This document shows positions 26,409-35,149 of a stretch of 64,000 bases of DNA, piece after piece. The notes beneath the pieces were generated by a model, which ran no database searches, was not told the DNA's origin, and was given only the letters and a program-made list of their open reading frames with translations. The stretch is taken from IMG/VR virus record IMGVR_UViG_3300027126_000006. The stretch is one strand, 5' to 3'. Numbering within the stretch: position 1 is the stretch's first letter; each line of letters opens with the position of its first letter. The stretch is from a virus. Position numbers and translations under genes: made by a program.

Positions 26409-26517
26409 TGGCTTTCTTGTTCTTCAGTTTACGATTGTATCGGTTCTTCAGTGGTACTGATTTCGACTTGAAAGGGGTCTCGCGTTTGAATAGTATATTA
26501 TGAAATCGATTTTTCAT
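26392..26517 (-). CDS. Small basic protein (41 aa)
   Basis: Manual translation MKNRFHNILFKRETPFKSKSVPLKNRYNRKLKNKKANEQYL; GGAG SD. Confidence 0.55.
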   Translation of the reverse strand: MKNRFHNILFKRETPFKSKSVPLKNRYNRKLKNKKANEQYL

Positions 26518-26528
26518 CAACTTCTCCA

Positions 26529-27425
26529 TTACGCCGTAAGGGCGTAGGTGGCCAAATCTTCCCAATCGCTATCGCCTTCAGCACGAATCTTGGCAACAGC
26601 AATCAGAGTCCTCAGCGACACTTCACGTGCAGCAGTCTTGTGCTTCTGAATCAGCTTCAGAGCATCCTTCTTGAACGCAATCGCAACATCCGGCAGGAAG
26701 TCGCTCTCGTGCATAATTACATCCATACGCTCGATCTTCTGATCAAGAGTCATCGACAGATCAACACACATCGAACGAGTGCGAAGTGCTTGGTCGATCT
26801 TATTCATCGGACGATTCGAGATGAAGATCACACCACCTTCGAATTGAAACGAACGGGGCATGTCATCATCAGCACGCATGCTGTTCCAAGTGATGATACG
26901 CTTATCGTAGCTATCGAGAGCACCCTTGAGCAGGTTAACAGCGTCTTCGTCTTTGAGAATCGAATCGCAGTCATCGAACACGATAATCGACTTACGGTTC
27001 TCATACAGGATGCTGTACAGGCCACGAGCAGTCGAGAAGCCTTTCACAACACGGAACATCTTCCGAGTGTTGACAACGAAGCTCTCGTCTTGATCTGACA
27101 TATCTTGCAGACCAAGAGCCTTCAGCGAATTGATCACGACGTGCGACTTACCCAAGCCGCCTTCACCAGTAACGACTGCCGATGCAGTCGTACCACGACC
27201 AACCATCTTGACCAGACGCTCAACGAAGTTGAATCGCTGGTTGATCGGAAACTTGATAGCAGGATTGTCTTCTGCAGGTTGCTCAACCACTTGCTCTTGC
27301 TGAGCAAGTTTCCGCTTCAGGTAGTACTTGCTGCTTGATTGAGCAACAACACGACCAGCAGCATTCTTAGCCACATACTTACCATTCACAAATTCAATCT
27401 TCATCACAAATCTCTTCTCATTCAC
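26529..27425 (-). CDS. AAA+ ATPase, early gene
   Basis: Walker A GEGGLGKS, Walker B IIVFDDCD, LLKGALDS, ALRTRS. Confidence 0.85.
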   Translation of the reverse strand: MNEKRFVMKIEFVNGKYVAKNAAGRVVAQSSSKYYLKRKLAQQEQVVEQPAEDNPAIKFPINQRFNFVERLVKMVGRGTTASAVVTGEGGLGKSHVVINSLKALGLQDMSDQDESFVVNTRKMFRVVKGFSTARGLYSILYENRKSIIVFDDCDSILKDEDAVNLLKGALDSYDKRIITWNSMRADDDMPRSFQFEGGVIFISNRPMNKIDQALRTRSMCVDLSMTLDQKIERMDVIMHESDFLPDVAIAFKKDALKLIQKHKTAAREVSLRTLIAVAKIRAEGDSDWEDLATYALTA

Positions 27426-27434
27426 AATAGGTAC

Positions 27435-27464
27435 ATTATCCGTTAATTCGGATTTAATGTCAAC
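27435..27464 (-). promoter_or_regulatory. Early sigma70-type promoter, family copy 1
   Basis: GTTGACATTAAAT; TTGACA-N17-GATAAT. Confidence 0.85.
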
Positions 27465-27470
27465 CGATTT

Positions 27471-27764
27471 TTACCTGCCCATTTTCGCGCGAAACTGCGC
27501 CAGGCAAGCGTCATACCAGCTCCGGTTGGCTTGCCGCAGGATATCCAGAGGAGCCATACGCTCATTTTCCATCTTAGCGAAGTACCCTTCAACGGTGTGA
27601 TTCTTGATCAGCTCAGCAAGGAACTTCGCTTTGGTGACCGGACCACGATACTTGAAGCGAGCAACAACTTTGCGCTGACCATTGTCAGTGTAGGTAAGAA
27701 AGCCACCGTGATAGTTGAATTCTGACTTGATGAACTTGGACATTTCAATTCCCTTGTTTTTCAC
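27471..27764 (-). CDS. Hypothetical early protein
   Basis: ORF downstream of an early promoter; VARFKYRGP motif. Confidence 0.65.
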   Translation of the reverse strand: MKNKGIEMSKFIKSEFNYHGGFLTYTDNGQRKVVARFKYRGPVTKAKFLAELIKNHTVEGYFAKMENERMAPLDILRQANRSWYDACLAQFRAKMGR

Positions 27765-27773
27765 TGTAGGGAC

Positions 27774-27803
27774 ATTATCACATAATTGGGAATTAATGTC
27801 AAC
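27774..27803 (-). promoter_or_regulatory. Early promoter, copy 2
   Basis: GTTGACATTAATTC; TTGACA-N17-GATAAT. Confidence 0.85.
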
Positions 27804-27821
27804 CGGGGAAATCCCCCGGGA

Positions 27822-28046
27822 TTATACGAAGGAATTGTGGTCGTTAAACGCCTCGTCGATCAAACGAGCGACGATTTGGTCCTGTTCAGGAGTCCTTTTG
27901 GTGGCAGGGTGGAACCCAACATACAGTGCTTGATAACCGCAGTTCTGGATTGCGATGGTCAACTGTACTGCTTGATCCTCACACCCCACAAACAACGGAA
28001 CCTCTTCACCAAAGTACTCCACAACGATCTTATGCATGCTCTTCAT
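27822..28046 (-). CDS. Hypothetical early protein
   Basis: Probable start MKSMHK overlapping the upstream stop (ATGA). Confidence 0.55.
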   Translation of the reverse strand: MKSMHKIVVEYFGEEVPLFVGCEDQAVQLTIAIQNCGYQALYVGFHPATKRTPEQDQIVARLIDEAFNDHNSFV

Positions 28047-28147
28047 TCCCGATCTCCAAAGACTTGTTCCATGTGATTCATCCATTCCTGGTACTCTAGG
28101 AGTTCCTGTTCTTCAGAAGTCATGTCTACAGGCTGCTGATCATTCAT
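28043..28147 (-). CDS. Small acidic early protein (34 aa)
   Basis: MNDQQ start with GAGG SD, just downstream of an early promoter. Confidence 0.55.
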   Translation of the reverse strand: MNDQQPVDMTSEEQELLEYQEWMNHMEQVFGDRE

Positions 28148-28174
28148 ATCACACCTCATTACTGATGAGTGATC

Positions 28175-28204
28175 ATTATAGGACACTTTGGAATTAATGT
28201 CAAC
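28175..28204 (-). promoter_or_regulatory. Early promoter, copy 3
   Basis: GTTGACATTAATTC; TTGACA-N17-TATAAT. Confidence 0.88.
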
Positions 28205-28502
28205 CCCGAGATAGACCCGAAAGTGCAGTGGCTGGTGCAACCATGATCTTGGAGAAGATTCTTGTGTACTCTTGTACCATTTGTTCTTTGACGTCTGCCA
28301 CGCATGCAACAGAAGTCTTGAGAAGTTTTATCTCTCCTTCTGCGTACGGCATGAACGGAGCAAACCCAGCAGACATTCTGCCGTCCTGCATGTTTTGGTA
28401 GATTAAAGTTACTGCATCCTCGAGTACATAGTGGTCTGAGGCTTCACCGGCGATAGTAGCAATCATCTCTTCGCCCGATACCATTTTGAATACTTGAATC
28501 AT
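28200..28502 (-). CDS. Conserved T4-like Sm/SH3-fold small protein
   Basis: KMVSGEEMIA...GFAPFMPYA. Confidence 0.7.
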   Translation of the reverse strand: MIQVFKMVSGEEMIATIAGEASDHYVLEDAVTLIYQNMQDGRMSAGFAPFMPYAEGEIKLLKTSVACVADVKEQMVQEYTRIFSKIMVAPATALSGLSRG

Positions 28503-28717
28503 TGTCTCTCACTTAGAAAAAATATAAATGCGCTGAGTTCTTCTTCTGTAACAAAGGATCTTACGACACAATCATAAGTCTTGATGTGAACAGCTATTAA
28601 TATGAAGTGTTCGTGACTTTGCACATAAGAAAGTTTAATATTCCACTGATCTAATCTCACTGGGCTAAAAGACATGAAGGAGGAGAGAACTCCTCCTTCG
28701 ATTTGTCGCTTATTCAT
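28499..28717 (-). CDS. Hypothetical protein (start uncertain)
   Basis: ORF between hsp20 and the Sm-like gene; its 5' part overlaps a 10-bp hairpin. Confidence 0.5.
   Translation of the reverse strand: MNKRQIEGGVLSSFMSFSPVRLDQWNIKLSYVQSHEHFILIAVHIKTYDCVVRSFVTEEELSAFIFFLSERQ
28676..28699 (-). terminator. Hairpin after hsp20
   Basis: GAAGGAGGAG-TTCT-CTCCTCCTTC; U-tract is weak. Confidence 0.5.
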
Positions 28718-28738
28718 AACGAAGATACACTGTAAGTG

Positions 28739-29224
28739 TTATGCTGCTTCTTGGAGCAGCTGTTTGTTTGGTTGAATTGTGCGTAGCCCATCTCCCACCT
28801 CAATCTTACGGGGTTTCTTGTGATCGGGGACGATACGCTCTAGAGCAATCTGCAACATTCCGTTTACGATATCTGCTCCAGTTACTTCAACGCTATCCTC
28901 AAGAACGAATGTTCGTGTAAAGTCGCGGGCACCAATCCCTTTGTAGATGTAATATGTATCATCTGAGGGAGTCTTAACTGAACCTTTGACGGTCAGTTTG
29001 CCATCTTCGACTGAGACATCGATATCTTCTCGAGAAAACCCAGCAACAGCAATCTCAATCATATAATGATTGTCCTCACATTTCCTAATGTTGTATGGAG
29101 GATAATTTGGTGTTGTGGTTTTGGCAAACTCGTTGTGGATACGAGTTAGACGATCAAGATGATCATCAAAGCCTACAAAGAAGCGGTCAAAGTCTTTGGT
29201 TGATAGTGATAGTAAGTTTGTCAT
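28739..29224 (-). CDS. hsp20: Small heat shock protein (IbpA-like)
   Basis: NYPPYNI, EIAVAGFS, YKGIGARDF, NGMLQI, KPRKIEV; start at 29224 with AAGGAG SD. Confidence 0.95.
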   Translation of the reverse strand: MTNLLSLSTKDFDRFFVGFDDHLDRLTRIHNEFAKTTTPNYPPYNIRKCEDNHYMIEIAVAGFSREDIDVSVEDGKLTVKGSVKTPSDDTYYIYKGIGARDFTRTFVLEDSVEVTGADIVNGMLQIALERIVPDHKKPRKIEVGDGLRTIQPNKQLLQEAA

Positions 29225-29231
29225 GGTAGTT

Positions 29232-29366
29232 CTCCTTAAATTAAGCGAGTTATAAAACGCACACCCATATGGCATGTGCTAGTCCCGGTTACCGATCCGG
29301 GGTGCTCGTACGCCAGCACGGCAAGACGATCCTAAGGTGGATCCGTTGCGTCCCATCCCGAAGGGA
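29232..29366 (-). ncRNA. Multi-hairpin leader ending in a ROSE-like thermometer hairpin
   Basis: CUCGCUUA/UAAGGAG pairing over the SD with a bulged G; five further hairpins upstream. Confidence 0.65.
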
Positions 29367-29374
29367 ATCTTTCC

Positions 29375-29524
29375 TTATCGGCTACTGTTGTATTGCTTCA
29401 ACCAGTAGTCGACATCAGCGGCAGATTTAGGATGCTTCGATAATATATATCTTTCCACATCCTGTTGTCTCGAGACTTCCACAAATTTAATCATTAAATT
29501 TTGGAGTATGCTCAGTAAGATCAC
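29375..29524 (-). CDS. Small hypothetical protein (49 aa)
   Basis: Manual translation from GTG: ...VERYILSKHPKSAADVDYWLKQY...; overlaps the upstream stop. Confidence 0.55.
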   Translation of the reverse strand: MILLSILQNLMIKFVEVSRQQDVERYILSKHPKSAADVDYWLKQYNSSR

Positions 29525-29763
29525 TTCGACACCTCTTTCGTAGAGACGAACGAATATAACTCTTCTGCCTTCTTAATTACATCCGTGAAGTCGTAGAAGG
29601 GAGGGGCGTACTTTTGCCACTCTTCAAGAGTAGCTTGGCCGACTTCAACTGACTTCTCAAATGCTGTACGTGCAAACTCAAAGTTCCTTTGGTATTGCTG
29701 TTCAAGGTACTCCTTGGACATGGCAAGTAGGTCGACACGTAGTTCGTATGGTGTTTTGCTCAT
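29521..29763 (-). CDS. Conserved phage hypothetical protein
   Basis: MSKTPYELRVDLL...DVIKKAEELYSFVS; AAGGA SD. Confidence 0.75.
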   Translation of the reverse strand: MSKTPYELRVDLLAMSKEYLEQQYQRNFEFARTAFEKSVEVGQATLEEWQKYAPPFYDFTDVIKKAEELYSFVSTKEVSK

Positions 29764-29825
29764 TTTGTTTCCTTTGTGTGTGAGTGTGTATGCAGATTTA
29801 AAGGCTCTGCAAAAGACCTTCTTAC

Positions 29826-29996
29826 TTATTCTTCCGCCTGGCGGTTGGCGCTAGCCTCATCAATCTGCGATTGAGCCTGACTCTGAATCTTGGCGATCAA
29901 CTGAACTACCTCATCGTACGGACCTTTACTGAGGGCTCTTAGAATGATGTTAGTCTCATTAACATCTAATGTGAATTTAAATTCTGTACTTTCCAT
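29826..29996 (-). CDS. Small hypothetical protein (56 aa)
   Basis: Manual translation MESTEFKFTLDVNETNIILRALSKGPYDEVVQLIAKIQSQA...; AGGAG SD. Confidence 0.7.
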   Translation of the reverse strand: MESTEFKFTLDVNETNIILRALSKGPYDEVVQLIAKIQSQAQSQIDEASANRQAEE

Positions 29997-30008
29997 TGTA
30001 TGATCTCC

Positions 30009-30431
30009 TTAAACACGTTTTTTCACGCCGATCTGATATTTCGGCACCAATTCCCATTCATTCTTCTCTTTATACGAGACGATCTTGATTTGAGACATAA
30101 TAGCATGCACGTTGTTGGTTGGTTTGTTGACGACGGTTAGTAGTCCCCAATCTTCCAACAGCAATGCAATTGCATTCCGTCGTTCAATATCACTTACAGA
30201 GATGTTCGATTCCTTGTTGTCGAGGATAAACAACTCTTTGAAGTGCACAATGAAGTATCTGCCCTGCTTATGTAGGATATGGGCAGATTGATATAATTTT
30301 TTGTCTTTCTTTGAAGCAACACCAATCCGCGTTAAGGTCTCTTTGACCTTAAGAAAGTTATCTGGTGATTGTAGTGTTACTTCTAGCATTGACTGTGGAG
30401 TCCAGTCATAATAAATCACTTCTGACGTCAT
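30009..30431 (-). CDS. regA: Translational repressor RegA
   Basis: FLKVKETLTRIG, LYQSAHILHKQGRYFIVHFKELF, WELVPKY. Confidence 0.96.
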   Translation of the reverse strand: MTSEVIYYDWTPQSMLEVTLQSPDNFLKVKETLTRIGVASKKDKKLYQSAHILHKQGRYFIVHFKELFILDNKESNISVSDIERRNAIALLLEDWGLLTVVNKPTNNVHAIMSQIKIVSYKEKNEWELVPKYQIGVKKRV

Positions 30432-30808
30432 GATTTCCCACCTTGTTCCATTTGTTGTTTTATCTTAGTAATTTGCTCGTCGGAAAGGAGGGACATAGCT
30501 TCCACGGCCTTTTCCATGGAGTATTTATAATATTTGGAAACAGCGATCACATCGTCAGATGATGGTGACTTCTTAGACCACTTCGAAAACCGTTTGCGTT
30601 TAGGAACTGCATGGAGTAGAAACTCAAACTGCCATTGTTTTGGTGCATGCGATAGACGATTCATTTCATTCGCATAGAACACTGTGTCGGGGAAGTAGGA
30701 CAGCGCCCTGTTAGTTAGGAATGGGGAGTAGTCCTTCTCAGCTTGCGGATCTTCAAACAAGTTCTCTTTTGTAAAATTGATTGCATTAACCATATCAAAG
30801 GGATTCAT
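30428..30808 (-). CDS. gp62: Clamp loader small subunit
   Basis: YSPFLTNRALS, ANEMN, KRKRFSKW; synteny. Confidence 0.93.
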   Translation of the reverse strand: MNPFDMVNAINFTKENLFEDPQAEKDYSPFLTNRALSYFPDTVFYANEMNRLSHAPKQWQFEFLLHAVPKRKRFSKWSKKSPSSDDVIAVSKYYKYSMEKAVEAMSLLSDEQITKIKQQMEQGGKS

Positions 30809-31142
30809 GATCGTATCCCTTTTCTTTCAAGTGACTGAGGCTTGCGATGAAGGTAGTGTTTGGAAAGCGTTGTGATAGGACTTCCGATACCTCGTCATGA
30901 GACTTACCTTGAGCTAGAAAGTTCCCGGTGTTCTTATCGTAAACGAAAAACGACCCTTCATACTTCTCGATAACAATCTCGGTTTCGTTTACAGTTTGCT
31001 GTTCCGCCATCAATTCAAGATTCTTGAAGTAATCCTCTCTGAGGGATTGGATTAGTTTCTTAGCTTTATATTCGCGATAAATCCACCCAGCCTTGAAACC
31101 GATCAAGAGTGTAACCACAGCAGTTAATAGAATTTCCATCAT
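30795..31142 (-). CDS. Membrane-anchored hypothetical protein
   Basis: N-terminal TM helix; FLAQG motif. Confidence 0.6.
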   Translation of the reverse strand: MMEILLTAVVTLLIGFKAGWIYREYKAKKLIQSLREDYFKNLELMAEQQTVNETEIVIEKYEGSFFVYDKNTGNFLAQGKSHDEVSEVLSQRFPNTTFIASLSHLKEKGYDHESL

Positions 31143-32077
31143 GAGAATTTACACTCCCCCATCACCTCTGTCAAGCATGCCATTAGGTTTAACTCATGGT
31201 CTGCTACGAACGAAGCCTTGTATTGATAATCGGCTAGAATAAGAACCAACTGAGGGATACTGTGCTGATCGAGGAATGTAGAAGATCCTTCATAGAGATC
31301 ACGAAACACTCTTGAAGTATCTCCATCACTATTCATTGCAACCCACTTACGCACTTCTGTGAAGTTCTTTTCCTTCATCATCTTATATAGCTGACGATAA
31401 GAATCGCCGTTTAGATTGACGAAGATACCAGAATCGATCTTACCGGACACTGAGTACCGTTGGAGTTCATTAAGAATCCGTCGACCATCAGGAAAGTGCT
31501 TCTGCACAAGCTCAGCTACAACCTTCGTGTCGAATTCTACATTCTCCATTTTCAGGATGTTCACGACACGCTTAAAGAACAGTCCAGCGACTTTTACTTT
31601 CTCATCGCCAGGAATCTTGAAGTCAACGACTGCACACCTGCTATGCAGAGGATCGATGATTCGATTCTTGAAGTTACAAGTTAGGATGAACCTACAATTG
31701 TCAGCAAACTCTTCGATAAACGACCGAAGAGCTGGTTGTGTAGAGTTGGGATTAAGATAGTCTGCTTCATCGAGGATGACTACCTTCTTGGCATCAGTGA
31801 GGCTGATTGACGATGCGAATCCTTTAATCTTCGTTCGCAGTACATCAATACCTGATTCATCAGAGCCGTTGATGAACATATACTCTGCACCGATTTCATT
31901 ACACAGTGCTCGAGCTACTGTAGTCTTGCCTACGCCAGCAGTACCATGGAACAGAAAGTTTGGAAGTTCACCTGCTTCCACATACTCCCGAAAAGTCTTC
32001 TTGAGACCTTCCGGAAGAATGCAGTCGTCAATTGTTTGTGGTCTGTATTTTTCCGTCCAAATGAAATGTTCACTCAT
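31139..32077 (-). CDS. gp44: Clamp loader large subunit
   Basis: WTEKYRP, GTAGVGKTT, DEAD, LHSRC. Confidence 0.97.
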   Translation of the reverse strand: MSEHFIWTEKYRPQTIDDCILPEGLKKTFREYVEAGELPNFLFHGTAGVGKTTVARALCNEIGAEYMFINGSDESGIDVLRTKIKGFASSISLTDAKKVVILDEADYLNPNSTQPALRSFIEEFADNCRFILTCNFKNRIIDPLHSRCAVVDFKIPGDEKVKVAGLFFKRVVNILKMENVEFDTKVVAELVQKHFPDGRRILNELQRYSVSGKIDSGIFVNLNGDSYRQLYKMMKEKNFTEVRKWVAMNSDGDTSRVFRDLYEGSSTFLDQHSIPQLVLILADYQYKASFVADHELNLMACLTEVMGECKFS

Positions 32078-32108
32078 AATATAACTCCATCACAAAAACA
32101 ATATTATA

Positions 32109-32771
32109 TCAGAAATCAAATGTAGAGTCAAGTTCGATTGCAGCAAAGTACACGAGCTTTTGAGATGTGGAAGCGAACCTGCTAATCTTCTTGCCACCGA
32201 TGTCAACAATGTAATCGCCCGGCATCATCTTCATATTCTCAATCTTAAAGTTGACTTTGAATGATTTGTCGGTTGTACCAATTTCCGAACTAAAGCTATT
32301 GCCTGTTGGATTGGTCTTATCTCCAACAGCAACACTGATTACCTTACCGTCTCCTACTACCGAGAAGTCAGATACACGAAGGATTGAAGATACTCGTTGA
32401 ATTTGGCTGAGCATCTGACTTGATAGATTAAATGAGATATCGGGTGTAGGAAACTGCTTAATGCTTGGTACAACAGTAAGCACAGATTGACTAGCAGCAA
32501 AGTATCGAACACTGTTCTTCCCTTCATAGATGGTTACATATTTATCGTTGAAGTCCAATTCCGGTGAATCAAACAGAGACATAGCTCCGAGGAACTCATT
32601 CAAATCGTAGATGCCAAAGTCTGTTGGGAATGTCTCAACAATGGTGGCTTCGCTGATGATGTTCTTGCCAGATGAAATTGTAGTAAGTTTTGATCCTGGT
32701 TTGATTGTTAGGTTGCTGTTGATGTTAGCAAAGTTCTTAAAAATTGCTAGTGTATCTTTCGATAGTTTCAT
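32109..32771 (-). CDS. gp45: Sliding clamp
   Basis: MKLSKDTLAIFKNFANIN, FGIYDLNEFL; synteny. Confidence 0.95.
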   Translation of the reverse strand: MKLSKDTLAIFKNFANINSNLTIKPGSKLTTISSGKNIISEATIVETFPTDFGIYDLNEFLGAMSLFDSPELDFNDKYVTIYEGKNSVRYFAASQSVLTVVPSIKQFPTPDISFNLSSQMLSQIQRVSSILRVSDFSVVGDGKVISVAVGDKTNPTGNSFSSEIGTTDKSFKVNFKIENMKMMPGDYIVDIGGKKISRFASTSQKLVYFAAIELDSTFDF

Positions 32772-32779
32772 AGTGTATC

Positions 32780-33301
32780 TCACTTGTTGTGGTATTTTGC
32801 TTCATCAGGCTTTGCTTGGCCCGACTTATCAAATCCATACGACCCATTATATTCATGCATCATCTCAGCATTGAAGCTGAGGTACTGTCCGATCCGTGTT
32901 CCTTGTTTGATCTTGGCAGGCCCAACAGTTACATGAAGGACGCCAGCCATTGTACCATGGTAACCTGAATCATACAACCCCGATGTTAGATATAGACCGT
33001 TGCGATTTAGAGTCGACCTGGTGATCACCCACCCAGCTTCATTCTCTCCGACTTTGATGATGTTCTCCATTACAACTTCATAGTGACCAATCTCGAGATA
33101 AAAATACCCATCTTTATCTGCAATCAACTCACGGCCACCACGATGTTTTTTATGTTCATTCGAAATCTCGAAAATATTCTCATCGTTAATTTTAAACACT
33201 TTACCTAAACGTAGATCTACAGCATTAGGCTGCACATCTTCATTCTGAACTTCCGTGAGAGAAGATTTAGAATTAGGTCCCATAATATGTTTCATGCTCA
33301 C
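32780..33301 (-). CDS. dut: Trimeric dUTPase-family protein
   Basis: AVDL, RSTLNRNG, GLYDSGYHG, RIGQ, YNGSYG; no dCTP-deaminase catalytic Glu after motif 3. Confidence 0.75.
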   Translation of the reverse strand: MSMKHIMGPNSKSSLTEVQNEDVQPNAVDLRLGKVFKINDENIFEISNEHKKHRGGRELIADKDGYFYLEIGHYEVVMENIIKVGENEAGWVITRSTLNRNGLYLTSGLYDSGYHGTMAGVLHVTVGPAKIKQGTRIGQYLSFNAEMMHEYNGSYGFDKSGQAKPDEAKYHNK

Positions 33302-33882
33302 TCCTTTACTAAGGCAACTGTTTGTAAAATTTTATGCATCTCTTGTACTGCTAGTTGGTTATACTGATCCAGTGTTAGATCGACATTGTTAATGATGCTG
33401 TGACACAGTTCATCAGGGAACTCAGTCTCTGTTACATGGCCATCAAATGCCACGCCTCCTCGTTTGATCTTAACAATGATTCCATCAAGTCGTTTGGTGA
33501 TTGATTCCAGTTCATTATGAAACCGCAAGTCAGTGATGCACCAAATCCCTGTACGATCTCGATTGATAGTATCTTCCACATATCTAACAAACTGCTGTTC
33601 GTCAAATGATCGCATCATCATTCCAATCTCGCGAACAACACGTCGACCATCAACAGAATGAGTTAGGTATCCTGGAAGTTGGTAGTCAACTTTCGTTCGC
33701 TTGAATGCATCATATTGTTCTTCGGTTACAAGATCGAAGATACGAGACACCTCGATTTTGATTGGATCAGCATATGCAATCTTACGCACTTGCAGTTGAG
33801 GAAAGGCATCTTTTACAGCCCTGTAAAACTGGTCTTTACCAGATCCTTTTGCTCCATGTAATCCAATCACCAACCCCATCAT
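33298..33882 (-). CDS. Deoxynucleoside monophosphate kinase (T4 gp1-like)
   Basis: GAKGSGKD, YADPIK, ITDLRFHNE, HVTE. Confidence 0.88.
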   Translation of the reverse strand: MMGLVIGLHGAKGSGKDQFYRAVKDAFPQLQVRKIAYADPIKIEVSRIFDLVTEEQYDAFKRTKVDYQLPGYLTHSVDGRRVVREIGMMMRSFDEQQFVRYVEDTINRDRTGIWCITDLRFHNELESITKRLDGIIVKIKRGGVAFDGHVTETEFPDELCHSIINNVDLTLDQYNQLAVQEMHKILQTVALVKE

Positions 33883-34751
33883 TCACCTCTACACAATTTG
33901 TCAACTAGTCCCATATTATAGTTGATGTCCTTTTGGCTTTCAACTTTATCTGATAGCGAAATATCAAAATCCACTTCTTTTTCAAATTTACCAAATCGAA
34001 GACCAGTTGGACTATTGTCGTATCGGATTCCAGCTAGTGCATGCCATACAGCAGTTGAGCTGTCCCACGAGAAGATGTGGTTATGATATTCGCGAACCAA
34101 AGAAATCTCACGTGGACCATCGGTCATTCCTAGACAATGAAACCTTTTCCGTGTGGCTGGCCCAAGAAGACCACGAGACTTCAGCTCTTCGAAGATAGCC
34201 CAACGAGACAGATACCGTTGCATCATATAACCATCATCTCGTACCTGATGAGGACTGTGCTTAGTTTCATTGACACCAAGAGCAATTGGACATGCGAGGA
34301 TAGAAACACCAATGTAATCTACATCTGGATTGTTGATAGCCCACTCAAACCCTTTCATCAGACCATCAAGATCTCCGAGAGATGATTGAGGGCAGAAGAA
34401 TGTTTTGAAACCAGCTTTCTTAAATTTCGGAGCAAGTTCTTGCGCCTTGTCTGTAGTTTTCATCCAATGGTGCTTCGGATAATCCGTCATCACAATAGAA
34501 TCAGCACTAACCAGTTTACCCATCTCGATCAACTTATCTGATGGGTACATATCAACCCCTCGCTTGAACATCTCGAATGCTGAGTTGTCAAGATGATAAA
34601 CTACATTTGGATTGTCTCGTTTGAGCTGAGCATAGAACTCACGATACTCCTTGTTCTCTTCTACAAGATGTGCTAGAAGAAGATGAACTGGATATGACCT
34701 CACGAGAGGAAGATATGATACAGGTACAATATGACAAAAATTAATCATCAC
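33879..34751 (-). CDS. TGT/DpdA-like guanine transglycosylase (subfamily unresolved)
   Basis: LDNSAFE (cf. TGT DSGGF), HCLG, SWDSS; located inside the folE/queD/queE cluster. Confidence 0.7.
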   Translation of the reverse strand: MMINFCHIVPVSYLPLVRSYPVHLLLAHLVEENKEYREFYAQLKRDNPNVVYHLDNSAFEMFKRGVDMYPSDKLIEMGKLVSADSIVMTDYPKHHWMKTTDKAQELAPKFKKAGFKTFFCPQSSLGDLDGLMKGFEWAINNPDVDYIGVSILACPIALGVNETKHSPHQVRDDGYMMQRYLSRWAIFEELKSRGLLGPATRKRFHCLGMTDGPREISLVREYHNHIFSWDSSTAVWHALAGIRYDNSPTGLRFGKFEKEVDFDISLSDKVESQKDINYNMGLVDKLCRGE

Positions 34752-35137
34752 ACAACCTCATAGTGTTTCACACAACCGTTTTCATTGTCCTCAGCAACGG
34801 AGATGATGAAACAACGATCGGGATATTTCGCATGAATGCTTTCAGCAATGTCGTCTGCAATCATCTCGCAGCTCTTGTAGTTTAGCTCGAGGATACCATC
34901 ATCAAAAAGACGCTCTAGCCAACGCTTAAACTGGATAAACTCCACATCACGATCGTCGTGGAACACATCAAGTTCAACACGGAAGTGGAAAATGTGTCGA
35001 TGTGGTGTTCCTAGAAAACTAACATCATCCCAGCCACCAGTCTTCAGTTTAGGATCTGTTGCTGCAGCTGGGTAGCAATGGATCCCTTCCTTTTGGAAGG
35101 TAACCCAAATACGATTACGTTTCACGATATAACTCAT
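34748..35137 (-). CDS. dpdL: QueD-paralog T-fold protein, DpdL-like (putative CDG decarboxylase)
   Basis: LGTPHRHIF fits the LxxxHRHxF signature as I recall it for DpdL; SCEMIA, EDNENG. Confidence 0.7.
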   Translation of the reverse strand: MSYIVKRNRIWVTFQKEGIHCYPAAATDPKLKTGGWDDVSFLGTPHRHIFHFRVELDVFHDDRDVEFIQFKRWLERLFDDGILELNYKSCEMIADDIAESIHAKYPDRCFIISVAEDNENGCVKHYEVV

Positions 35138-35149
35138 TACAATTCCTTT

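Noticed and set aside
29225-29275. ORF-track N-terminal extensions (hsp20; also gp41, uvsX, uvsW, 28043-28309, 22086-22454)
   Set aside because: Better SD-supported or stop-coupled starts lie downstream; the extensions overlap RNA structures or neighbouring genes
30522-30529. TATAAATA inside gp62 (also at 257-264 inside the GIY-YIG gene)
   Set aside because: Intragenic and explainable by codons (YYKY, LINN) in AT-rich DNA; cannot be supported as promoters without TSS data
32780-33301. dCTP deaminase
   Set aside because: The catalytic Glu expected after the DxGY/F motif is absent; dUTPase-like fits better
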